Shown here in pieces: positions 13,528 through 26,500 of a stretch of 64,000 nucleotides of DNA (position 1 is the first letter of the stretch; each line of letters begins with the position of its first letter). The DNA is from Rhina ancylostomus. Lineage: Eukaryota. The stretch is from the NCBI GenBank assembly GCA_030265395.1, contig JARFYF010000046.1:13829070-13893069 (forward strand). Direction: 5' to 3'. The notes under the pieces were generated by a model that saw only the letters and a program-made list of their open reading frames with translations, searched no databases and was not told the origin of the DNA. The position numbers and the translations under genes were made by a program.

Positions 13528-14260
13528 ATTGATATTGGTTTATTATTGTCACCTGTACCAGGGTACAGTGAAAAATTTGTCTTGCATACTAATCATACAG
13601 GTCAATTCATTACACAGTGTTGTTACATTGGGNNNNNNNNNNNNNNNNNNNNNNNNNNNNNNNNNNNNNNNNNNNNNNNNNNNNNNNNNNNNNNNNNNNN
13701 NNNNNNNNNNNNNNNNNNNNNNNNNNNNNNNNGAGGTAAAGACAGAGTCCAAGGAGGGGAGGCTGATGTCCGTGATGCGCTGGGCTGTGTCCACAACTCT
13801 CTGCAGTTTTTTGCGGTCCTGGGCAGAGCAGTTGCTGTACCAAGGCGTGATGCATTCAGATAGGATGCTTTCTATGGTGCATCGGTAAAAGTTGGTGAGA
13901 GTCAAAGGGGACAAACGAAATTTCTTTTGCATTCTGAGGAAATAGAGGCGCTGGTGAGCTTTCTTGGCCATGGCATCTACATGAATTGACCAGGACAGGC
14001 TGTTGGTGATGTTCACTACCAGGAACTTGAAGCTCTCAACCTTCTCGACCTCTGCATCGTTGATGTAGACAGGCGCATGTACACTTCCCCCTTTCCTGAA
14101 GTCAATGACCAGCCCTTTTGTTTTGTTGACATTGAAGGAAAGGTTGTTGTCGTGACACCATTCTGCTAAGCTCTCTATCTCCTTCCTGTACTCTGACTCA
14201 TCGCTGTTTGGGATTCGGCCTACAATAGTGGATTCATCTGCAAACTTGTAGATGGAGATC
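13528..14260 (-). mobile_element. 5'-truncated Rex1/Babar-type LINE (RT C-terminus plus 3' UTR)
   Basis: ORF reads YKFADESTIVGRIPNSDESEYRKEIESLAEWCHDNNLSFNVNKTKGLVIDFRK...KKAHQRLYFLR...FYRCTIESILSECITPWY. The 3' end is ttttcactgtaccctggtacaggtgacaataataaaccaat. Confidence 0.92.
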
Positions 14261-14857
14261 AAAACTTTATAAACAATCTTATAATTTTGATACTCAAAGC
14301 ACAGACAGAATGCTAGATTTATAAAAGCAAGATTCAGGATTGTTCAGAGAGTTTATTTGCTGCATGATTCTCAAACTAATCTGTAAATTGTCAACACCCT
14401 TTTACTTTTAATGATACAAATTGAAGGCTGAATATGTGAGAGGCTTTGTAACCATTGTTGTTTTGTGATTTTAATTTCCCTTCCCATTTCTGGAATAAAT
14501 TGTACACTTCAGGGCTATCATGTAGTTATAAAAAATTACATGCAATTATGCAAGTAAGATTAATCTCAAGTTAATCACTGTTTTGACTGCATAGTTAAAC
14601 AATAGCAAGAATTTTGCCTTAATAACCTTGAATAATATGATCTAAAATTCTCATCAATTCAAGTCTCTCCATAAACTTGCACCTATTTCTTAAAACTCCC
14701 CTGCATCTGTTTCATCCTATAATTCATAATTCTCTGTGTTCTTGTGATATTGACCCCATCAGAGGATACTGGGTGACTTATTATCAAATACTCGCTGCTA
14801 ATAAGATTACTTCTTTTGGATGCGATGTTGTAATGTGAGCTGACAAGACAGCAAGCT

Positions 14858-15121
14858 TTAGAGGGAGGGGAAAAAGGAGAGAGAGAAGGGAATGGGAAGA
14901 AAGGAGATATGAAGTGAAAAGAGAGAGAAAGAGTTGGAAATGGGAAGAAAGAAGTTTTGGGGTGGAAGAGGAGAGAGCGAAATGGAATGGGAAGAGAAGA
15001 AACTAGAGAGAGAGAGAGAGAGAGGGTGTGTGGAGGAAGGGAGAGGTAATGAAACACAGAGGGAGAGAGGGAATGGGGAAGGAAAGGGGAAGAGGACAGT
15101 ATGTAGGAGGAGGAGGGAAAT
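14858..15121. repeat. GA-rich purine low-complexity tract including (GA)n
   Basis: Almost purely G/A for about 260 bp, with a (GA)9-10 run at about 15005-15024. Confidence 0.9.
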
Positions 15122-16596
15122 AATACTCTCCCTTCATTGCAACCCTTTGCCCCTCCACTCGTAGGGACTCCTGCTGACCAGCAGATGAAACTGCAGCAGC
15201 ATTTGGAGCTGTGGTCAGCAGGCTTTGCCTTCACTCCAGCACCCTGGTTAATGTCAAGGCAGTGGGAAGGAGGGAGAGGGAATCCAGGGTTCCGCACAAG
15301 ATAGTCTAGGACTAAGGCAACCTGCCCATCTGGATGTGACTCGCATAAGGTGCTCCGAAGCATTTTTTTCCAGAAAGCTGAGAGTTCTGGTCATGCAACG
15401 AGCAGCAATAAAAAAATTAGTGTATCAGTGTTTAATCATGTTAATTGAATGCATTCACAGTGAGTAATTGACATTCCTTGTACATTCATTTTCAGGAATA
15501 TCTTTTCACTTAAGTAACCAAAACATGTATCTGTAAGAGAGGATTTTCCCCAAATACTATTGANNNNNNNNNNNNNNNNNNNNNNNNNNNNNNNNNNNNN
15601 NNNNNNNNNNNNNNNNNNNNNNNNNNNNNNNNNNNNNNNNNNNNNNNNNNNNNNNNNNNNNNNCTCCCCCCCCCCCCCCACCGTAGGCCACACTGCCATC
15701 TTTTATCCTTTTGTAAAAGTGAGGAAAGTGTACAATCTCTGCTACGCTCAGGGTCAACAGTTTGTACCTGTAGGTCAAATATGCATTCAGTATACTTGAA
15801 GCTTTCTTTAAAGTGAAGTGAGCCTAATTAAGCTCATGGTCATGGCCAATCCTTGAAATGACATTGGCTGACACAGTACATGCATTATGACCAATCCATC
15901 TTCCTTCCTAGATGCTTTCCTTGTTACTGTCCCAACATCCCCTTCTGATTTTTCTTCAGTTTTATCCTTCCTATTCTTTCCGTCTTTTTATCAATCTCAT
16001 TTCCGCTAACTGATTCAATGTCCTTCTTCTGCTGAATGGATAAAGTAGCTTGATTCATTTGTTAATACCCTCAGTCACGTGCAGCCAATAGTTGATATAC
16101 TTTGTATGGTGGTGATTAGTTTCACTGCTAAATTTTCTCCTCCTGTACTCACAGATTAACATGACGAACTCATCATATGGAGGTTATCCACAAGGGTTAT
16201 TGAATCATAGAAATTTGTCGCAGAGAAGGAGGCCATCTTTTACGTGATGGCCAAATATGGACCTTTGGTTAATCTCTCTTCCCAACCCTTGGTTCGGCTC
16301 ATATCCCTTCAGACACTCATCCAGGTACTTTTTAAATGTGACACGGGTTTCTGCCTCCAGCTTGCTTTCAAGCAGAGAATTCCAGAACAACTTTCCTCAC
16401 CTTCTGTCTAATCCTTCTGTTAACTAGCATACCTGTACCCCCTACCTGCTGACCTCCCTACTTTGGGAAAAAGCTCCTTTCTGTTAACGCAGTCTTGGGC
16501 TTTTATAATTTTACAAATCTCAGTTAAATCTTTCCTGAGTCTCTTTTGTTTCAAAGAAAATAGTTCCAGCTGAGACAACCTCTCCTCACAGCTCAA

Positions 16597-16930
16597 GGGC
16601 TGGTACACCAGTGAGCATTGCTGCCTCAGAGCTGTGACAACCCAGGTTTGATCCTGAGCTGGGCTAATGTCTATGTGGAGTCTGCATGTTCTTCTTGTGA
16701 CTGTGTAGGTTTCGCCCAGGTGCTCTAATTTCCTCCAACATCCCAAAGATTTTCTGGCAGGTTAATTCGCTGCTGTAAAATACCCCTTAGTATAGGTGTG
16801 TGGCTGAGAATCAAAGAGGAGTTAATGGGCATTTGAGACAGAATAGCTTGCAGTAAAATAAGTGAGGCAATGTGACCAATGGGAATGATCTGAGAGCTAG
16901 CATGGGCTGAATGGCCTCTTGTTTAATAAG
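16597..16930 (+). mobile_element. V-SINE (HE1-like) with CR1-like tail
   Basis: tRNA-like head with a B-box-like ggtttgatcct, V-domain ggtttcgcccaggtgctctaatttcctccaacatcccaaaga, and tail gggctgaatggcctctt. Confidence 0.8.
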
Positions 16931-17887
16931 AAATTATTGAACAAATTAAAGTATAAAATATATGATTCTCCAGCCCAGACAACATTCTTCTAAATGTCCT
17001 TCCCACCAACTCTTGTGTAATTATAACCTTCCTGTACTGTGGTGACCAGGACAGTATACAGCACTCTAGCTCAAGTCTAACTTGTGTTTTAATTTGGTTT
17101 TTGCATGTCCTCCATGCTCTTGTATTCTAAACCTTGGCCAATAAAGGCAGGTATCCTGCCTCCCTTCATATCTACCGGCCCTGCTTCCATCAGGATCTGT
17201 GGACGTCACACTTTGTTCACAAATCCTTCTGTCCAACTGCATGTTTTATTATCCCACCATTTACATGTATGCCTTTGCCTTTCTGCCCTCCAAAAATACA
17301 TTGTTACATTCTTCTCCAGACCAAACTCCATTTGCCATTTTCCTGTTCACCTAATAAGTCCATTGATGTCTTCCTGCAGCTTACAGAAATGTTGATATCA
17401 TTGACAAACTTCTTAATTGTGTTCCCTGCACTGATATCCAAATCATTTTTGTACATCACAAAATCAAGGCCTAGTACTGAACTCTCTGGAATCTCACTGC
17501 ACGTAGCTCTCCATTCACTAAAACTCATGACAACCATTACTCTTTGTGTTCACTGTTTGACCCAAGTTTTAATCTAACTTACCACTTTCCCTTGGATTCC
17601 ATGGGCTTTTACTTTGTGGATCAATCTGCAATTAGGGTCTTTTGTAAAATACCTTGCCAGAATCAATGTGTTTAAAAAGAATCTCATTGCCACCATCAAC
17701 AATCCTTCCTGTTATTTCCTCAAAAAATGCAATTAAATTAGTCAGACTTGACCATCCCTTTTCAACTCTACACATGCTGACCTTGATTAACCTGTGCCTC
17801 TCTACATGTTAATTCATGCCATCCCTTTGAACTTTCCTCAAACTATTTGTCCATCACTAATGTTATGCTATTTTGGGCTTTATTTAC

Positions 17888-17951
17888 TCAGCTTTTTCTT
17901 TATTCTTGTTTATTAAACATCAGCTTTTTCTTTATTCTTGTTTATTAAACA
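17888..17951. repeat. Perfect 32-bp tandem duplication
   Basis: tcagctttttctttattcttgtttattaaaca x2. Confidence 0.95.
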
Positions 17952-18694
17952 ACTGAACCACATCAGCAACCTTCCAGTCCTCCAGCACAACATCTGCAGG
18001 CAAAGAAGATTTTAAATAATACTTGGACCTTGCGGTATTTCTTCTATTGCTTCTTTCAAGAGTTTGGGATACTTTTTTTTCAAGTTCTGGCAATTTATCC
18101 ACTTAGGAAGATGATAGAAGCCTTAATGTGTTTTCCCTTTCAATATTCATTTCCAGTACTTCCCATTTTTCTCCTTAATGTTGTACTTTGTCCCTCTTCT
18201 CTAAAGACAAGTGCAAAGCTTCAAGTTTTTGAAGGTTAATGGCACATGGCAGCTGAACTGAGACTGGTGTTGGATGCCAGTGCCTCCAATTGGCTGCCAG
18301 TTATTCTTAGTTTCCAATACTGACTAGTTTAGCTCTTATTATACAAGATTCAAAATGGACTCCATCTGAGCATTCAATAATCAGAGAGCAAAGACCATGT
18401 GGACTTTACAGTTTGACATGCGCAATCATGTTTGTTTCACGAAACTTGCTCAATACTAAAGAATTTTTGTAATAACACAAAGAACAGCCTGCCATAAATT
18501 ATGATAGAGTGGAGAATATATTGTTTCTTCCCATCCCATCTCACCATTCTCGGCTGCCCATTGACACTATTGACTTATTGAATTGGCCAGTTTCCAACAG
18601 GTCTATCAAAGTTCCATCGAAGCACATCTTAGCGAAGAAGTAGCATGTTTACAATTTTAGTGATTAAAAAAGTGTTGATAATTAACTAAAATGG

Positions 18695-18995
18695 AAGAGT
18701 TATATTTGTGTGGCACTTTGACACGGTGCTCAGAAATGCCTCATACCACCCACATCCAAAGAACATAATACTGTTTTCTTGTGGGGGGCACAATGGTCAT
18801 TTTGGGTCAGTTCAATGCCTCGCCAATGCCATAATGTAATTGATCCAGTAATGTATTTCTAATGATAACAGTCAGACCACTAGAACTGACTAATTTCTTT
18901 TGAATGGTGCCATGTAATAGTTATCTGAATAGGGAGATATTTTAATGATTTGACAGAAGAATGGAACTCACACAGTGCACCAGTCTCCACTATAG
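18695..18995 (-). mobile_element. Highly decayed Deu-domain SINE
   Basis: L2-like tail (tatatttgtgtggcacttt) and Deu-like gaatggtgccatg...ttttaatgatttgacagaagaatggaactcacacagtgca. Confidence 0.4.
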
Positions 18996-20010
18996 TACCA
19001 TTCTCATTTTAGAATATGAGAATATTCTCCATATATGAGAATATTTAGAATATTCTCATTCAAGCCTTCACCTGGAGTTCATATGCACAACATTCTAACT
19101 TTGGCAATTCTGAAATTCAGTTTTTCGTTCTTTAACCCATGGTGACCTTCTCTGATGCAATTCTGCAAGAATTGCTCCATTTTTACGAGAGTTTTTCTTG
19201 GAAAAACTTACGATTTTTGTGTGCAGTGCTGTAACCTGTGGCCTCAGTAGCATTACAGTGTGCCAATAAACAAAACTTAATGTGATACTGTATCATCACT
19301 TCTCAACAACAGAGGTCACTATCTTGTTTCTTGTTGCCATTGACAGTGGTTGCTATTAGTATATTTTTTAAGGATTTGTTTGAGAAATCAGCACGTTATT
19401 CATTGCTGCAATGTACAGATCTTGGACTATCAGCTTGTCAAATAATATGTAATTCTCCACCCCTGCAACACAAGCATATAAATTCTGAATGATAATCCTT
19501 GTAGCACAAAATATGAAATGACACAAGCAGTGTTCCAAAAATGTGATTGGCTTTTCATTTTGTTGGCTATTACTTCACCTTCACCTGTCATTAAATTATT
19601 TACCTCTTAGCATGCTTACATTTGGCCTGCTTCCCACAAGGTGCATTGGTGTGAAGGTACAAATGTGTAGCTCTATATCACATTTTCTAGCTCTTGGTCC
19701 TTATTGTCAGGAGCTTTGTGAAATAATCGCCAGCAATTTGGAAAAAAAATAGGTGAGGATGGACATCGGCTTAGCAATTAAATATTAGAAAAATCCTAAA
19801 ATGCAGTTGAATTCCTTACCTATAACCTGTGCAGTGAAAATAATTTGTAGTAAGGTTGGGAGATGATTATCGTTAGAGGGATGTTTGGAAGAAAGACTCT
19901 GATGAGAGGAAATTGCCAGAATAAAAATTATGCTTGGTTACACAAAAGCACTCTTACTGGGTAGTTATCTTATCCCACGCAAAAGCCTCATGCAATTAGG
20001 TTTGAACAAT

Positions 20011-20306
20011 GGGCCAGCACAATAGCGTAGCAGTAAGTGTGATACTATTACAGCGCCAGTGATCAGGGTTCGATTCCCGTCGCTGTCTGTAAGGAGTTTG
20101 TGCGTNNNNNNNNNNNNNNNNNNNNNNNNNNNNNNNNNNNNNNNNNNNNNNNNNNNNNNNNNNNNNNNNNNNNNNNNNNNNNNNNNNNNNNNNNNNNNNN
20201 NNNNNTATGGGTAGGTTAATATGGGTTTAAATTGGGCAGCGCTGTCTCATTGGGCTGGAAGGGCCTGTTACCATGCTGTAAATAAAATTTTAAAATTTAA
20301 AAAAAA
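20011..20306 (+). mobile_element. tRNA-derived SINE with CR1-like tail (gap in middle)
   Basis: A-box-like tagcgtagcag, B-box ggttcgattcc, tail gggctggaagggcctgttaccatgctgta and an A-rich end. Confidence 0.85.
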
Positions 20307-21811
20307 CTACCAACTTCATGACCTGCCAAATCAGTTTCTAAGCTTTTCATGCATTTATTTGTCAACTTATCATGGGATCCCAGGAATTTCAGAGGGCTAG
20401 AAGATGAAGAAGGGGAATCCAGCCAAACTGCATTTTCTAGCTCTTAGTCCTTAAAGTCAGGATACTGATTGTGAGGGACATGATGGGTTTAATGCGGAAA
20501 AGACAGAAGAGACAGCAAAATAATTTGGGCAACATATAAAATAACTTGAGCATCATACTTATTTGAAGTTAGTTCCCAGCCAGATGCTCAAGTTTGATGC
20601 TCAAGAAAGCCCATTAAAATAAAAACACAAAAATAATTGTATTAACTGAAAGAATAAATAGAGGTAAAAAGGGAATGACTGTTGGATCAGTTGGATGTGT
20701 TTTTGCAACTGGCTTTATTTAATTTTTCACTTCTTGAATACCTGGGAATTGTAATGCTTGCCTGAATACCAAACAAAGGAGACTTCAGGTGGAAATATCA
20801 GTAGATGGCGAGAGGAGACAAAGGATGGGAGAGGTCTTCATTCAGAAATCAACTCGAGTTGGAGAGCTGCGGACAACAGCAGGTAAAAATTTTGTGTTCT
20901 CCAGAGTGTGCTTCATTTATGATTGAGTTCAGGCAAACATGCTGGTGTTGGGGACGGAGGGTGCAGAACTACTAAAACTCCAGTCAAACTTTAAATGTGA
21001 TTACACAAGGACAGCTATTACTTGGATTCAGCAGGCATTATGACAAGGTTTGATGCATATCAATTTCATTCAAAAAGGTTTAAAGGTTTCGGGGAATTAG
21101 CGATGCACAATCCTCGTTGGTCAGCAGGCAAAACGAGTACCGATGTCTTATATTNNNNNNNNNNNNNNNNNTTAGGTTGTTCTGACTGTTGTAAGATGTC
21201 CACAAGCCTGATTTTGCAGCACAACATTTGGATTTGATCTGAGATAGGAAGTAGAAGACTGTACATATTTATCTGATTTCAAAACACACCATAAGTTGTC
21301 ACACAAGGAGTACATTTTTGAATGAAACTAAATAAATTCAGCTTTGATATTTTTGGGCATGTACATATTTTATAGTATGTTTATAAATAGATATATTAGA
21401 TCCATAGAGTGCTGGTTACTTGCAAAGGTTCCATGGTTCTAATTTCCACCCTTGTTTAGTTAGACTTTGTGTCTGATAATTTCTCAGGCGCTGGTCAACA
21501 TGTGAATAGATTCAGTGAAGACTATTAAGATGAAATTTATCTCAGTACTTGATTCAAGTGGAATTTTAGGAGAGACAACACAATGAGAAAAGTTTTTACC
21601 ATTCATAAAATGGAAGTAGAAGTTGTTGCAGGTCATTGGCTTGTTGATTGCCCAATCAAACTTTCAACGTTGATCACTTCCAATGTCCCTGTAAAAGGCA
21701 AATTGTGCTCCTACAACAGATATTCTGGAAAGCTCACTGGAGGCATTACTTGTTTGCAGATGTACCACGTAGACTCATATTCAGCTGGATGCATGCAGGA
21801 AGAAGCACCTG

Positions 21812-21919
21812 GTTCTGGTTTTGTCAGAGTTTCCTTGTCTATTTTAACCCCTGGCCCAGTGATTTGTTCTGGTTTTGTCAGAGTTTCCTTGTCTATTTTG
21901 ACCCCTGGCCCAGTGATTT
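21812..21919. repeat. 54-bp tandem duplication (1 mismatch)
   Basis: gttctggttttgtcagagtttccttgtctatttt(a/g)acccctggcccagtgattt x2. Confidence 0.95.
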
Positions 21920-23239
21920 GTACCCCAGTGCAGCTCTCCCACTGCCCCCACCAACCACTTCCACTTCCCACAACACAAATGGAGCAGAGTTTTCCCATGT
22001 AGTATAGGTAGACCCATCAGTTTCTTTCAAATGGACTCACAAATGTCTCTGTTTTCCTTCAACAAACAGGACAAAGAGGGAAGTGTGTTCCAGTACAAAG
22101 AAAAAACCCATCTCCACACCTCTTCACATGCAATAGGTAAAGGCTGCTGTTTATCTGATAGCAAACACTGGCACCCTGCACAAGCAAGAATGAGAAATGG
22201 GAAGTGGATTATGGCAAACTCCTCCTGAGCCATGCACTGCAACCCTAAAATCTAATGCCAATACCAGCTGAAGAAAATCTTTCCGTGGCTGGTTTTGTAA
22301 CTGACCCAGATGAAGAGTTGCAGTTGCCAGAAACCAAAATGACAAACCATGTTGTATTGCTGCTGGAGGGGAATAATCTTTTCCAATTATTTTCAGTTCA
22401 TGCCAGTCAACAGTAAGGGTTGGGCAATATTTAGACTTGGGCTGACTAATAGCAGGGAACACTCATACCACCTACAGTATATGCCAGGCAGTAACCACCT
22501 TCAGAGCGAATTACAAGAATTATGTTTTAGTGCTAAGTGAAGTTCTCCGTTTCAAGATTCCTTGAGCTCACTTGTACCTCGCTCCCTGCCAAAGTCTTCT
22601 GACTCTTTTGTGTTGACGTAAATCTTATTTCATGATGTGGAAATGAAACTGCAGTTTTACCATGTCTCACTTCAGTTCAGGCTTAGTAAGAAAACAATCT
22701 GTGCATTAAAATATAGCATGGCCACTTGCTTCCAGAAGCAAACTGCAGAACAGATGCAAAAACTAACATGTACTGCACTCTCTGAACCAGGGAAGTAATC
22801 TTAGCCTAGCATCAGATGAGATAAATGCCAGTGACTTAAATCCTCTTGTTTACTCTAAGTAGGTTGTTACACATAATGCAAAACATAGCAAGAAAAATGG
22901 CAACAGTTCATTCCAGAGTGTTTTAACAATGTGGAGATAAAGATTTGTCTGTGATTACATATGCAAAATACATAATATTGCCTGTACATTGTACTTTTCT
23001 TTCTTGGAATCAAATTTTGAAAGTGCAGTACAAATCTTATAGCTACTATTTGGCATGTTGATTGCATGTGACTGAGGATGCATGTTAACTCCTATCCTCC
23101 CATCCGTTGAGGTTTCCAAGTCCACTTGTATATTATATCTGCAAGGTTCATCATATGGCTCCTTATCTCCAATCACTCAGCTGTCCATCTCTTTTTTGTC
23201 CATCTCTATTATTTTCATAATTATTGAACATGTTTATCA

Positions 23240-23503
23240 GTGGAAATACCAATGAGGCTTGGGCATACACCATGAATGTTAGAGTGCAAGGGACTATTAA
23301 GAAATAGAGTGACTTGATGTACAGGTCCAAAGATCCCTGAAGGTGACAGAGCAGACAGATAATGTGGTTAAGAAGGAACATGGGATACTTGCCTTCCTTA
23401 GTTGGGGCATTGAATACACAAGCAGAGAGGTTATACTCCAACTTTATAAAGCACTGATCAGACCTCAGTTGGAGTACAACATTAAGTTCTGGTCACCACG
23501 CTA
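23240..23503 (+). mobile_element. CR1 ORF2 fragment
   Basis: gtggttaagaagg...ggcattgaatacacaagcagagaggttatactccaactttataaagcactgatcagacctcagttggagtac...ttctggtcacca translates as GIEYTSREVILQLYKALIRPQLEY...FWSP. Confidence 0.85.
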
Positions 23504-26500
23504 TTTTGGTAAATCTTGATACACATCCAACTGCATCAGATTAATGTGCATCTATTATAAAATACACATGGCAAAAATTCTACTCTGAGGTCAAAGTTGC
23601 TTCCAATAGGTCTTCAAATGAGGTAGATTTAAATAGTTTGGCCTGCCATCTTGCCATCATACTTTGGAAAATATGAATATGTGCCATATGGTTATCATTT
23701 ATAAAAAGCAGAATTTCAAATATTTAGGTTCTTGGAAGAGCTGAAGTTCTTCACACCTTTTATCTTTGTTATCTTGTAACTGTTGCTTCCTACTTTTTCC
23801 ACTTTTCTTTCCTTTTTTGTTATATTTTGTTATTTTAGCATCATCTGCTTCTCACAGTCACAAAACTACTGGCACATCAACATGTCTGCAGCAAATCTGC
23901 TGTGGCAACCACCCATTTTCTTCCTACTGATGTTTAGTCAAATTGTCTCCAAGAAAGCCTATGGGATTAAAGGTTTCGTAAGTGAAAAATGAAATCAAAT
24001 CAGATTTGGATGATCTATTGCATAAATGTAGCTCCATAAATGAAGTCTAAAAATGAGTCAGTAATCCTGAGACATTAACATTGGTGCAAAGCCCAGCGTC
24101 TCTTGGAAAGGAAATTATAGACTGCTCAGTGTTTACTTTCTGCAGGAATGTATTTGCTGGTGTGGTTTAAGTTCAAAGTCCATGAAAATATTGTCCCTGT
24201 AAGTAGGCGTAATATAGCAGAGATCAACTAATGGCTTTCACCTCACACTTTTATTCTGTTCTTTCTATTTAGATCAGTTTGTGTAGTCTAACATCATTAC
24301 TACCTAATAATCTTCTATTTATTCAACTAAACTACTATGTTCTGTGTGACTGAGCTAAATGTACCCTTGAGTGTTCTTTGTTAAATAAACAATTCTTATC
24401 CTCCATTATATGTCCAGCCACAGAATAGCCTTCTCTTTAACAAGTCAAAGCATTTCACTTCTCTGTTTGGGCAGGAATGCACATTTTTGGAGGTGTATGC
24501 ATGTATTTTCTGTACAGCTATTGGTACATGTGTGGTTGTGTATTTATATTTCAGATTACATAATGATTTGCACATCTATATTGATCATGAAAGCAAAATA
24601 ATAAACTAGTGAAAATGCAAGTTTCTAAATTTAAATTTATAAGCACAGGCAAACATCAGATCAATTCAATTTTTTGAGGTGTTTGGAAACAATAATTTAG
24701 AAAAGAAAAATCAGAGGCAGCATAGTTAAAAGAGCTGCATTCCATTAGAATGATGTATAGCACATGTTTTTTAATTAAAATACAATTTATGTAGTTCAGT
24801 GACAATTATAAATCAGCTTTGTAACTTACAGATGACATCACTGGGCTGAAAGATGTAATTTTACAGAGGCAACTTCATTGTGATAAATTTTAAATAACTC
24901 ACTCAATCTTAAGAATTGATTGTTGTCGACTTTGTTTGAGACAGTTAGATATGATGCATAATAAATCTGGGTATGAAATGCAATGTCGGTTTATGAAAGG
25001 CCAGTCATTGTTCTGTTCTTTTGTGATCTTGAGGAAAAGAAAACAGAAAGTTGGCAAGAATGAATTTCTACATTTGTAGAATATTCATTTCAATGTTAAT
25101 GGTGGAAGATTTAGTGGTCTGACCTATGAACTTCTGCCATTGATCTTTTCCTCTACTTAGCAATATCTAGGCTGAACTATATTTGGCAAAAGCTGGTTTA
25201 TACTGATGCTAAACATAGCACACAATGCTGTGTACTGATGCTGGCTGAACTCAGCACATTAAGAGGGGTGGGATAGGAAGGACCTTGTTGGCAGCAGTAT
25301 AGAAAAGTATTTTTTTACTGCATTCAAAGGCAGGGACTCACTTCTTCCCATCTCCAGCACAGCACTTAAAAAAAATGTTTTGATACCAGTAGCAAAAGAA
25401 GAATGGGAGAGTGCTAGCAATGGGCTTGTTTGGACCATGTGATTGCTGAAGCAGATAGTAAGGCCTGCAGGCACTTGAGTCCTGCTGGGCAAACTTTCCG
25501 TGACCCTTTGTAATAGAAACTGCAAAGTATTCTTAGAGAAGTGAAACAGGGCTGTTGCAAATTGTTAAATGTTTTGACTCAACAAACATGATCAAAGGAG
25601 CAGCTCTTCAATCAAACTATTTATAAGGTACCTATTTAAAAAGCATACATCTGTAGATGCGTCAGCCCCCACTGGGTCTTCTGTCTTTAATCTGACTTTC
25701 AGATATTTTGTTCACATTTTTTGAAGCTGCTTTCAACTTGTAAATTATTTTCTGTTCAAGAATATTCAAACAAAGAAAGTACTTGGAGCTTGTTGGTTTT
25801 TCTTTTGGAATTTTCATTTAATTGCCTTGCCTGCTTTTGCCAGCAAATGGTGTTCTTGACTACAGTAGACTTCGGTGTTGCTTTTGTAACAGCGAGGATG
25901 ACTGCTTGCTGGCTGTGACATTACTTGTTCAAACATTCCTCCTTGTTTCACTTCAACTTCCTGATGGGAAAAAAAATCAAGATCTGCGTTAGCCTTCAGC
26001 AAGTCAGTGACTGCTTGGGTGGGCTGCAGTGAGCTGTTGTGTTGGCATTTCAGGAGGTGGAGAATAGGCTGTCATTCTCCCAGCTATCTTACTCCAAACC
26101 ATGCACCTTTATTCTCCGTGACTTTAAGCATACAATCAAACATGGAGTAGTTCTCATCCTGGATGGAACCTTGTTGTGCATCACTGCATGGAACAATTCA
26201 TACCTGCTATTGTTAAGCGATAATGGGACATAGATTTAGTACTAGTACAAATGTAGAATCTCAAGTGAATGGTAATGGCTGTCTGCACCAGAATGCAGAA
26301 TAATTCTCCTCATGCATTAGGATGCAAGAGGAACCTTGATGAGGGACAAATGTTCCTTGTCTTCCCCTTATAGTCTAGTGTTCCAACTGATCTCCCTTTC
26401 TTATCCCAATGCCATTATAATGATAATACTGCAGGTAATAAACATGGCTAATTAATGGCAATGGCTAAAGATTCAGTTGCATATTGAATGTGTTTTACAC

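Larger units (their letters stand above)
16200..18010 (-). mobile_element. Decayed CR1 LINE (~1.4 kb) split by a V-SINE insertion
   Basis: Minus-strand ORFs give LSCEERLSQLELFSLKQKRLRKDLTEICKIIK and EIPESSVLGLDFVMYKNDLD...IKKFVND (cf. GVPQGSVLGP/YINDLD/KFADD). CR1 sequence resumes at about 16965 after the SINE. Confidence 0.85.

Noticed and set aside
14683-15363. 226-aa minus-strand ORF
   Set aside because: It is open because of the CT-rich low-complexity tract (S/P/F/L-rich), and no domain is recognisable.
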